A DNA stretch of 64,000 nt from Chloroflexota bacterium. GTDB taxonomy: Bacteria > Chloroflexota > Limnocylindria > P2-11E. The stretch spans positions 1,126 through 65,125 of the forward strand of contig VBEZ01000124.1 in assembly GCA_005882255.1 (NCBI GenBank), read 5' to 3'. Every line of letters starts with the position of its first letter. Within the stretch, counting starts at the first letter, position 1. The position numbers and the translations under genes were made by a program. Positions 27,112-34,624 of this stretch are shown here, one piece after another. The notes under the pieces were generated by a model. It was not told where the DNA came from. It made no database searches and was given only the letters and a program-made list of their open reading frames with translations.

Positions 27112-28235
27112 CAGGCCGCGGTCCGCAGCCGCTCGCGGAGCGCGACGAGCCGACGACGCTGGACGTAGGGCAGCAGCAGCACGAAGGCGGCGAGGAGGAT
27201 CCAGTTCGCGATCGCCACGGGCACCAGGGTGCTCGGGAAGACCAGCAGCAGGGTCGCCGTGACCACGAGGTTCGTGAGCGTCAATGGGATGAGCACCTTC
27301 CAGCAGAGGGACATCAGCTGGTCGATCCGCAGTCGGGGAAGCGTGGCGCGGATCCACATGAAGACGACCACGAAGAAGTACGTCTTCAGCGTGAACCAGA
27401 GAACGCCGATCAGCGGGAAGACCTCGACGAACGGGCCGTGCCACGCGCCGAACCAGAGCGTCGTCACGATCGACGACACGACCGTGATCTCACCGTATTC
27501 GGCGAGGAAGAAGATGGCCCAGCGCATCCCCGAGTATTCGGTGAGGAACCCGGCGACGAGCTCGGATTCGGCCTCCGGCAGATCGAACGGGGCGCGGTTC
27601 GTTTCGGCCAGTCCGGCGATGAAATAGGTGACGAACGCGAGTGGCAGCACGAGGACGTTCAGCTGCCAGCCCGGCTGACTCTCGGCGATGCCGACCATCG
27701 ACAGCGTCCCGACGACGAGCACGACGGTCACGAGCGACAGGATCTGCGGCACCTCGTACGAGATGAGCTGGCCGGCCGAGCGAAGGCCGCCCATGAGCGA
27801 GTACTTGTTATTCGAAGCCCAGCCGGCGATGACGATCCCAAGAACGGTCATCGAACCAAGCGTGGTCATGTAGAGCAATCCGACGTTCAGGTCGGCGCCG
27901 ACGATGCCGGGCGCAAAGGGGATCACGACGTAGCTCGCGAGCATCGGGCTGAACACGATCGACGGCGCGGCGAGGAAGAACCATTTGTCGGTCAGCCGCG
28001 CGCGGATGTCTTCCTTACCGAGGAGCTTGATCGCGTCGGCGAAGGTTTGGAGCAGGCCCCAGGGCCCGGTGTGCAGTGGGCCGAGGCGGTCCTGGATGAC
28101 CGCCTGGATCTTCCGCTCGAGATAGATCTGCGCCAGCGCGCCGTTGAAGACGAGACCGACCACGAGCAACACGGCGATGACCAAGCGCAGCGGCGCCCAG
28201 ATGAAGGGATCGATGCCGAACGGACCTACCGGCAC
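27111..28235 (-). CDS. nuoH: NADH-quinone oxidoreductase subunit H
   Basis: Motifs RLGPLHTGPWGLLQTFADAIKLL and LAETNRAPFDLPEAESELVAG. The GTG at 28235 lies 7 nt after the nuoC stop and is preferred over the ATG at 28346, which would overlap nuoC by ~100 nt. Confidence 0.9.
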   Translation of the reverse strand: MPVGPFGIDPFIWAPLRLVIAVLLVVGLVFNGALAQIYLERKIQAVIQDRLGPLHTGPWGLLQTFADAIKLLGKEDIRARLTDKWFFLAAPSIVFSPMLASYVVIPFAPGIVGADLNVGLLYMTTLGSMTVLGIVIAGWASNNKYSLMGGLRSAGQLISYEVPQILSLVTVVLVVGTLSMVGIAESQPGWQLNVLVLPLAFVTYFIAGLAETNRAPFDLPEAESELVAGFLTEYSGMRWAIFFLAEYGEITVVSSIVTTLWFGAWHGPFVEVFPLIGVLWFTLKTYFFVVVFMWIRATLPRLRIDQLMSLCWKVLIPLTLTNLVVTATLLLVFPSTLVPVAIANWILLAAFVLLLPYVQRRRLVALRERLRTAA

Positions 28236-28242
28236 AGCGTCA

Positions 28243-28731
28243 TCAGCCCCCGCGGGCGTCGCTGCGTGGAGGAAGGAACGACTTTCGCATCGGGTGTCCC
28301 GGGAACGATTCCTCGAGGAAGATGCGGCGGAGATCCGGGTGTCCATCGAACACGATGCCGAACATGTCGTAGGTCTCGCGCTCGCACCAGTTCGCGCCGT
28401 CCCACACCGAGGTGAGCGATGGCACGTGCGGCTCGCCTGAGTCGCACGGCGTGCGGAGCATGACGAAGACGTGCGTCTCGATGCCGCGGACGAACGTGAC
28501 GCTCCGAAGCTCGGTCCCCGTGTCGACGCCCGCGTTCACCGAATAGAGGTCGCACCGCGTAGCGGGATCGTCGCGCACCACCGTTGCCACCTCGACCAGC
28601 CGCGCGGCATCGACGTCGACGACGACCATGTCGTGCAGGGTCGACACACGTGCTCGCTCTCCAAGACTTTTCGCGAGCGCTTCCCGCGCGGATGCGAGGT
28701 CGATGGTCGCGCGCGGAGTGCTCAGTACCAA
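28243..28731 (-). CDS. nuoC: NADH-quinone oxidoreductase subunit C (30-kDa subunit)
   Basis: Motif [37 protein letters not shown]...GHPMRK. The start is assigned to the TTG at 28731, which overlaps the nuoA end by 10 nt. The start is uncertain. Confidence 0.85.
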   Translation of the reverse strand: MVLSTPRATIDLASAREALAKSLGERARVSTLHDMVVVDVDAARLVEVATVVRDDPATRCDLYSVNAGVDTGTELRSVTFVRGIETHVFVMLRTPCDSGEPHVPSLTSVWDGANWCERETYDMFGIVFDGHPDLRRIFLEESFPGHPMRKSFLPPRSDARGG

Positions 28732-29087
28732 TTGAGCGCTTTCTTCTTCCAGGCGTAGACGAGGCCGACGACCAGGATGCCGATGAAGATCGTCATCTCG
28801 ACCAGGCCGTACCAGCCGAGATCGCGGAACAGGACCGCCCACGGGAACAGGAAGATCACCTCGACGTCGAACACGACGAAGAGGAGCGCGAACACGTAGA
28901 AATGCGTCGGGTAACGACCCCAGGCCTGCCCCACCGGCTCCTCGCCGGACTCGTACGTCTTGAGTTTTTCGCGCGTGGGCTTCCACGGAGCGAGCAGGTG
29001 GCTGAGCAGCATCATCGCCGTGACGACCAGAGCTCCGGCTACGAAGAACGCGAACACATAGACATAGGAGAGGTTGTAGTCGGGCAC
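28722..29087 (-). CDS. nuoA: NADH-quinone oxidoreductase subunit A
   Basis: 121 aa, GTG start. Motifs YESGEEPVG and [15 protein letters not shown]. Confidence 0.9.
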   Translation of the reverse strand: MPDYNLSYVYVFAFFVAGALVVTAMMLLSHLLAPWKPTREKLKTYESGEEPVGQAWGRYPTHFYVFALLFVVFDVEVIFLFPWAVLFRDLGWYGLVEMTIFIGILVVGLVYAWKKKALNWY

Positions 29088-29130
29088 GCGCCTAGCCTAC
29101 GGAGGTACTAATGGGTCAGCAAACGTGACG

Positions 29131-29159
29131 CTCCTGCAATTGACAGCGTTTGACCTCGT
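29131..29159 (+). promoter_or_regulatory. candidate sigma-70-type promoter for the LysM-M23 gene
   Basis: TTGACA (29131..29136), a 17-nt spacer, then TACGGT (29154..29159). Lies ~80 nt upstream of the TTG start at 29241, which is preceded by GGGAGGG. Confidence 0.4.
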
Positions 29160-29180
29160 GGGTACGGTACCCCGGCTCAG

Positions 29181-29195
29181 AACAGAGCAGTACGC
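29181..29195. promoter_or_regulatory. perfect 7-1-7 palindrome GTACGCAATGCGTAC between the candidate promoter and the LysM-M23 start
   Basis: Read directly from the sequence. A 1-nt centre rules out an RNA hairpin, so a dimeric DNA-binding site is the more natural reading. Confidence 0.3.
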
Positions 29196-29240
29196 AATGC
29201 GTACAAGATTTGGTCGTTACTTGCGGGAGGGATCAGGGTA

Positions 29241-30368
29241 TTGGCGACGAACGCTAGAAGGGCGCACGCGACACCTTCGCTGACGCTCGGCGCGCGAAGG
29301 ACGGTCCGGCGGAGCGCCACGTCGCTGCTCACCTTTGGTCAGCACACGAAGAACGGACTCGTGCACGTGACGACGCGCCGCGTGCCGCGCGCGCTCGGCG
29401 CGTATTTCGGGGCGAAGGGCCTTCGCCTGGTGCTCAACACAGCGACCGCGGCTCTCGTCCTGTTGCTTCCGTATACCGCCGCGACGTCGGCACGCGCCGA
29501 CGCGTCACCCACCGACGTGGCGGCCCCGTCGTTCGCCGCGGTCCCCGGCGACGACATCGCGCGCGCGCAGACCGCCGCACGGGGTGTGATCGCGGGGACG
29601 CGGAGCCCAACGACCGTCGCCGCGCAGGAGTCACGCCCCGTTCTCGTCCGCACGATCGCGAAGGACGACACGCTCTCGACGATGGCGAACTACTACGACC
29701 TCTCGCTCGAGGCGCTCGCCTACGCGAACGGCATCAGCCAGGAGGACGAGGTCCTATCGATCGGCCACGAGCTCACCATCCCGCCGGGCGAGGGCGCGCT
29801 CTACAAGGTCAAGGATGGCGACACCGTTGAGGACGTCGCGGCCCACTTCAAGGTCGATCCCGCCGTCATCTACTCCTATAACGGCGTGTACTTCGAGCCC
29901 GAGCACTTCGCGGTCGGCCAGACGATCTTCGTGCCCGGCGCGACGCTCCCCGCGCTCAAGCGGACCGAACGGACGAAGTCGATCGCGCCGCCCTCGACCG
30001 CTTCGCTGCCGGCGCGCACGGGTCGTCTCGGCTGGCCGGTCAACGGTGTGATCACGCAGTACTTCTGGTGGGGCCACACAGGCGTGGACATCGCGGCGCC
30101 GTTCGGCACGGGCATCGGGGCGTCCGACGACGGCATCGTCGTCGCGACCGGTTGGGTCGCGGTCGGCGGGCTGCGCGTTTGCGTCCAGCACGCCGAGGGT
30201 CTGCAGACCTGCTACTACCACACCGGCGCGGTGTTCGTGAGCCCCGGGCAGAACGTGGTTCGCGGTCAGCTCATCGCTTCGATCGGCATGACCGGTGTCA
30301 CGACGGGACCGCACGTCCACTGGGAGCTCAAAGTCAACGGGGTGCCGAAGGACCCGCTCGGGTACTAA
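29241..30368 (+). CDS. LysM-domain M23 (LytM) metallopeptidase
   Basis: N-terminal anchor and two LysM repeats (IAKDDTLSTMANYYDLSLEALAYANGI and YKVKDGDTVEDVAAHFKVDPAVIYSYNGV). M23 motifs HTGVDIAAPFGT and GMTGVTTGPHVHWE. Confidence 0.9.
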   Translation: MATNARRAHATPSLTLGARRTVRRSATSLLTFGQHTKNGLVHVTTRRVPRALGAYFGAKGLRLVLNTATAALVLLLPYTAATSARADASPTDVAAPSFAAVPGDDIARAQTAARGVIAGTRSPTTVAAQESRPVLVRTIAKDDTLSTMANYYDLSLEALAYANGISQEDEVLSIGHELTIPPGEGALYKVKDGDTVEDVAAHFKVDPAVIYSYNGVYFEPEHFAVGQTIFVPGATLPALKRTERTKSIAPPSTASLPARTGRLGWPVNGVITQYFWWGHTGVDIAAPFGTGIGASDDGIVVATGWVAVGGLRVCVQHAEGLQTCYYHTGAVFVSPGQNVVRGQLIASIGMTGVTTGPHVHWELKVNGVPKDPLGY

Positions 30369-30595
30369 CGGCGTTCGATAGAACAGCGGGCACGTCGCTC
30401 ACTCGAAAACGGGCCCGCTCCGCTGTCCTCTCTCCCGCTCGCTAGTACCGCGGCCTCGACTCTCGTTCGCGACGTGCCCGCCGTTCTCTCCGGCGCCGCT
30501 GATCCCTCGCTCCCTAACAAGGCCGGACCTCGACCTCGTTCGCGTTCGGAACCCCTCTCGCTGCCTCGACATTCGCTCCTGCCCATACTCGGTAT

Positions 30596-31825
30596 GTGTA
30601 CCGAGCAGTCCACGCGGATAGGGCCGGGCGGGTCATCGTCTCCGATTACGCGGCGGCGGGATTCGATGGCGCCGCGACCGTGCCGTTCGCGGATCCGGTG
30701 CGACTCCCGACCGGCGCGACCGTGCTGCATATCGAGCGCGAGGCGGAAACGGTCGACCGCTCCGGTCGAGCGCGAGGCGTCGGCGCGGGCCGGCTCGCCG
30801 TCGCGGCCATCCTCCCACCCGGTCATCTGCGCACTCAGCTGCCGGCGTACGCCGACGAGACGGACAAACCCGATCTGCCGCCGCGGGCGTATGCGGCCGT
30901 AGCGGCTGACGACGCCGGCGACCTCATGGTCGCGGCGCTGCTCATCGACCGCGATCCCACCCGCGATATCGACGCGTATCCGAAGGCCGAGATCGCCGCA
31001 AAGGTAAACGACGCGCTGCGGTCGCGGCCGGCGGACCGCCTCGTCAGGCAGCTCGCGCGCTGCGCACGGGAATACGGCTGCCGCGCAGCGGCGAACGCCT
31101 TCTACGGACGCTGGGAGTGCGCGCTACCGATCGCAGCCCCCGCGAACGAGCATCCCCTGCCGGCCATCGCGCCGCGCCTCGACGGTGAGGCCGAGCCGCG
31201 CGAGCCCGCCGCGTTCCACGCGACGGCCGAGGAGGTCGCCGGTCTCGCGGCGCAACACATCGCCGCCGGCGGAACGCTCGTGTCGTTCGGGCGGGCCTGC
31301 GAGGGAGAGCCGCTCCTCTCCGCGCGGCTCGTCGAGGACGCGATACGTCTGATCCGGGGGACGACGCGCTCGGGCACGATCCACCTCGAGACGAATGGCT
31401 CCGTTCCCGCCGCGCTCCGACGGCTGGGCGCGGCCGGGCTCGACGCGGTCACGATCCGCATCGCATCGGCGCGCGCCGACACCTACGAGACGCTGCATCG
31501 ACCCGAGGCATATCGCTTCGCTGACGTGCGCGCCTCGCTCCGAGTCGCGGCCGAGCAGCGCCTCGCGACGAGCCTCCTCATCCCGGTGCTGCCCGGGGTC
31601 TTCGATCGCGCTGAGGAGGTCGCGGCGCTCGTCGTTCTCGCCGGCGAGCTGCGCGAGGGGAGCGCGATCCTGCTGCGCGATCTCGCGGCCGATCCGCTCC
31701 GTGCGCTCGCCCTGATGAAAGGTCGCGAGCCGTCGATCGGTGTCGCTCGCGCGGTCGAGCGCCTGCGCGAGGAGCTGCCGCATCTGCGGGTCGGCTCGTT
31801 CGTGCGCCCGCTCGCGAGGATCTGA
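30596..31825 (+). CDS. radical-SAM-fold protein lacking the CX3CX2C motif
   Basis: The block FGRACEGEPLL...IHLETNGS...GLDAVTIRIAS...LIPVLPGVFD matches the radical-SAM core pattern (GGEPLL, TNG, D.v.iSl, pgvND). There are only 4 Cys in total (C-x5-C-x12-C plus one in ACEGEPLL). The stop abuts the obg GTG start. Confidence 0.6.
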   Translation: MYRAVHADRAGRVIVSDYAAAGFDGAATVPFADPVRLPTGATVLHIEREAETVDRSGRARGVGAGRLAVAAILPPGHLRTQLPAYADETDKPDLPPRAYAAVAADDAGDLMVAALLIDRDPTRDIDAYPKAEIAAKVNDALRSRPADRLVRQLARCAREYGCRAAANAFYGRWECALPIAAPANEHPLPAIAPRLDGEAEPREPAAFHATAEEVAGLAAQHIAAGGTLVSFGRACEGEPLLSARLVEDAIRLIRGTTRSGTIHLETNGSVPAALRRLGAAGLDAVTIRIASARADTYETLHRPEAYRFADVRASLRVAAEQRLATSLLIPVLPGVFDRAEEVAALVVLAGELREGSAILLRDLAADPLRALALMKGREPSIGVARAVERLREELPHLRVGSFVRPLARI

Positions 31826-33028
31826 GTGTTCCTCGATCGCGCGCGCGTCCTCATCCGCGGCGGCGACGGCGGCAAGGGCGTGATCTCGTTCCGTCGCGAG
31901 GCCCACGTTCCGCGCGGCGGTCCGGATGGCGGCGATGGCGGGCGCGGCGGCGACGTCATCCTCCGCGTCGAGGACCAGCTCGCGTCGCTCGGCGACTACC
32001 GCAACCGGCAAACGCACGCGGCGACGAGCGGCGGTGCCGGCGGTGGGTCGAACAAGTCCGGCAAGGCGGGCGGCGATCTCACGCTGAAGGTCCCGCCGGG
32101 CACGACGGTGAAGGACATCGCGACCGGCGAAGTCGTCGCGGACCTCGTGACGCCGGGCCAGGAGATCATCGTCGCGCGCGGCGGAAAAGGCGGGCGCGGC
32201 AACGCGCGCTTCGCGTCGAGTACGCGTCGCGTACCGCGGATCGCCGAAGACGGTCAGCCCGGTGAGCAGCACGAGCTCGAGCTCGAGCTCCGCCTCATCG
32301 CCGACGTCGGTCTCGCGGGGCTGCCGAACGCCGGCAAGTCGAGCCTCCTCGCCGCGCTCACACGCGCGCGACCGAAGATCGCGGACTATCCATTCACGAC
32401 GCTCACGCCGAACCTCGGCGTGGCTCGCCTCGATGACCGCGAGCTCGTGATCGCGGACATCCCCGGCCTGATCGAGGGTGCAAGCAAAGGCGCGGGTCTC
32501 GGTGAGGAGTTCCTGCGGCACGTGGAGCGCACGCGCCTCATCGTCCACGTCGTCGACGCCGCGCTGCCCGATCCGCTGGCGGCCATCGCGACGATCGACG
32601 CCGAGATCGCGGCGTACGGACACGCGCTCGACGCCCTGCCCGAGCTGTTCGCGCTCAACAAGATCGATCTCGCGGAAGCTCGCGACTCCGTGCCCCGGAT
32701 CGTCGAGGCGCTCGAGGCGGAGGGTCGTGAGTCCGTGGCCGTCTCCGCCGCGACCGGCGAGGGCGTGGATCGTCTGAACAAGCGCATCTTCGCGCTGTGC
32801 GCCGCGCGGCCGAAGCCGGAAGCTGCCGCGCCAGCAGAACGGCGCATCGTCTTCGCCGGCGGCGCGAGGGACGTGCGTGTGTCGCGCGAGGGCGTCGCCT
32901 ATCGCGTGCGCGGCGATCGCCTCGAGCGCCTCGCGACGGGGATCGACTGGGAGAGTCCGGAGCTCGAGCTCGAATGGACGGACGCGCCGCAGCAGCTTGC
33001 GGCACCCGGCGCGAAGAAGAAGCGTTGA
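31826..33028 (+). CDS. obg: GTPase Obg/CgtA
   Basis: Obg fold (FLDRARVLIRGGDGGKGVISFRREAHVPRGGPDGGDGGRGGDV). G motifs GLPNAGKSSLL and DIPGLIEGAS. C-terminal OCT-like domain. Confidence 0.95.
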   Translation: MFLDRARVLIRGGDGGKGVISFRREAHVPRGGPDGGDGGRGGDVILRVEDQLASLGDYRNRQTHAATSGGAGGGSNKSGKAGGDLTLKVPPGTTVKDIATGEVVADLVTPGQEIIVARGGKGGRGNARFASSTRRVPRIAEDGQPGEQHELELELRLIADVGLAGLPNAGKSSLLAALTRARPKIADYPFTTLTPNLGVARLDDRELVIADIPGLIEGASKGAGLGEEFLRHVERTRLIVHVVDAALPDPLAAIATIDAEIAAYGHALDALPELFALNKIDLAEARDSVPRIVEALEAEGRESVAVSAATGEGVDRLNKRIFALCAARPKPEAAAPAERRIVFAGGARDVRVSREGVAYRVRGDRLERLATGIDWESPELELEWTDAPQQLAAPGAKKKR

Positions 33029-33588
33029 CGGCGCGCATCGGCGTCTTCGGTGGCACGTTCGATCCGGTGCACGTCGGCCACCTCGCGATCGCGCTCGCGG
33101 CGCTCGAGTCCGTTCCGCTCGACCGCGTGCTGTTCGTTCCGGTGCGGCGCTCGCCGCTGAAGGACCGCGACCCGCTCGCGAGCACCACCGATCGGGTCGC
33201 GATGCTCGAGACCGCCATCGCCCGCGAGCCGCGTTTCGCGCTCTCGCGCGCCGAGCTCGAGCGTGAGGGCGTCTCCTACACCGTCGACACGCTCGAGGAG
33301 CTGCGTTCGCAGGGAGAGCTGTTCCTCATTCTCGGAAGCGATGCCCTAGCGGATCTCGCGCGTTGGCGCGCTCCCGATCGCATCCGTGAGCTCGCGACCA
33401 TCCTCGTTGCGGCGCGACCCGGTGCGCCGGAACCGGATGCGATGCATGGTGCACGTACGTTCGACGCGCCGCGTCTCGACATCAGCTCGCGCGAGCTGCG
33501 GGCGCGGGCCGCTCGCGGTATGTCGCTGCGGTACCTTGTTCCGGACGCAGTGTGGGAGCACATCAAAAGGCACGGCCTCTATCGGTGA
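33025..33588 (+). CDS. nadD: nicotinate-nucleotide adenylyltransferase
   Basis: The TTG at 33025 overlaps the obg stop (TTGA). Motif IGVFGGTFDPVHVGHL, plus ISSRELR near the C-terminus. Confidence 0.9.
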   Translation: MTARIGVFGGTFDPVHVGHLAIALAALESVPLDRVLFVPVRRSPLKDRDPLASTTDRVAMLETAIAREPRFALSRAELEREGVSYTVDTLEELRSQGELFLILGSDALADLARWRAPDRIRELATILVAARPGAPEPDAMHGARTFDAPRLDISSRELRARAARGMSLRYLVPDAVWEHIKRHGLYR

Positions 33589-33953
33589 CGGCCTCCGCAC
33601 GCGCTGACCTTCCGCCGCGCGCGCTCGCCGACCTGGTCGTCGAAGCGGCGAGCGACAAGAAGGCCGAGGACATCCTGGTGCTGAACGTTGCCGAGGTCAC
33701 GACGATCGCCGACCTGTTCGTCATCTGCAGCGCTCGCGGCGAGCGGCAGGCGCAGGCGATCGCGGACGGCATCGTGGAGAAGGCCAAGGCCGCGGGGCAG
33801 CAGCCCTTTGGCGTCGAGGGCTACAGCGCCGGCCGCTGGATCCTCATCGACCTCAGCGACGTCGTCGTGCACGTCTTCGTGCCGGAAGAGCGCGACCTGT
33901 ACCGGCTCGAACGTCTCTGGGGCGATGCACCGGTGGTGCTCCGCATCGCCTGA
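33585..33953 (+). CDS. rsfS: ribosome silencing factor RsfS (iojap family)
   Basis: The GTG at 33585 overlaps the nadD stop (GTGA). Motifs DKKAEDILVLNV, DLFVICSARGERQAQAIADGI and VVHVFVPEERDLYRLERLW. Confidence 0.9.
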   Translation: MTASARADLPPRALADLVVEAASDKKAEDILVLNVAEVTTIADLFVICSARGERQAQAIADGIVEKAKAAGQQPFGVEGYSAGRWILIDLSDVVVHVFVPEERDLYRLERLWGDAPVVLRIA

Positions 33954-33959
33954 GTCCGG

Positions 33960-34325
33960 TCAGCGTCGCAGGTAATCGTCGGTCTTGTCGATCCAGTCCT
34001 GCCGCGGCGGGCTGAACACGTCGATGTCGAGCGTGTCCTCGAGCGCTTCGGCCCGGTGCGGGACGTTCGAAGGGATCGTGAGGATCTCGCCCGCACGGAC
34101 CGTGACCTCCTGCTCGCCGCTGCGGCCCAGCCACAGACGGAGGGCACCCTCGAGGATGTAGGTGATCTGCTCGCTTTCATGCGTGTGTGTTTGGACGATC
34201 GCGCCGCGCTTGAGGAAGACCTGCGCGACCATCGCGCGCTCGCCGTGCACGAACCGGCGGTCGATCTGCGCAGTCATGCGCTCTTTCGGAATCTTGTCCC
34301 AGCGATGGTGCGTTCCTAGTTGCAC
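33960..34325 (-). CDS. cupin-domain protein
   Basis: Cupin motifs (QTHTHESEQITYILEG and TIPSNVPHRAEA). The GTG at 34325 is preceded by GGGGAGG with a 5-nt spacer. The longer ORF to 34817 runs across the tRNA gene and is rejected. Confidence 0.75.
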   Translation of the reverse strand: MQLGTHHRWDKIPKERMTAQIDRRFVHGERAMVAQVFLKRGAIVQTHTHESEQITYILEGALRLWLGRSGEQEVTVRAGEILTIPSNVPHRAEALEDTLDIDVFSPPRQDWIDKTDDYLRR

Positions 34326-34452
34326 GACGACCTCCCCACGAACGCGGCCGACTCTACGCTCCCGCCGCTCGGTTACGATTGAGGCGGTTGTCGCCGTATC
34401 TAGGGTTGTGTCTGCACCACTTGCTTCGCGAACTTCGCTCGCTCGCAAAGGT

Positions 34453-34495
34453 GCTACAGCCCCAGAACCGGCGCAGCCGGTTCTGGGGCTGTAGC
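34453..34495. repeat. perfect 19-bp inverted repeat with a 5-nt loop, overlapping the first 11 nt of tRNA-Ala
   Basis: GCTACAGCCCCAGAACCGG (34453..34471), loop CGCAG, CCGGTTCTGGGGCTGTAGC (34477..34495). Checked base by base. Confidence 0.85.
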
Positions 34496-34557
34496 TCAGC
34501 TGGGAGAGCGCTTGAATCGCACTCAAGAGGTCAGGGGTTCGATCCCCCTCAGCTCCA
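34485..34557 (+). tRNA. tRNA-Ala (anticodon CGC)
   Basis: Hand-folded cloverleaf. Acceptor GGGGCTG/CAGCTCC with the G3:U70 alanine identity pair. D arm GCTC-AGCTGGGA-GAGC. Anticodon arm CTTGA-ATCGCAC-TCAAG. T arm AGGGG-TTCGATC-CCCCT. Discriminator A. CCA is not encoded. Confidence 0.95.
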
Positions 34558-34624
34558 CAGAATCGCGGGGTCGTTGGCGCACTGCACGTTGACGTTGTAA
34601 GCCCAGCGGTGTTTGCGAGCGGCC

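Noticed and set aside
29102-29119. Five-codon mini-ORF (ATG GGT CAG CAA ACG TGA) preceded by GGAGG in the nuoA/LysM-M23 intergenic region.
   Set aside because: It lies upstream of the predicted -35 element of the only plausible plus-strand promoter. It is too short to evaluate and is probably coincidental.
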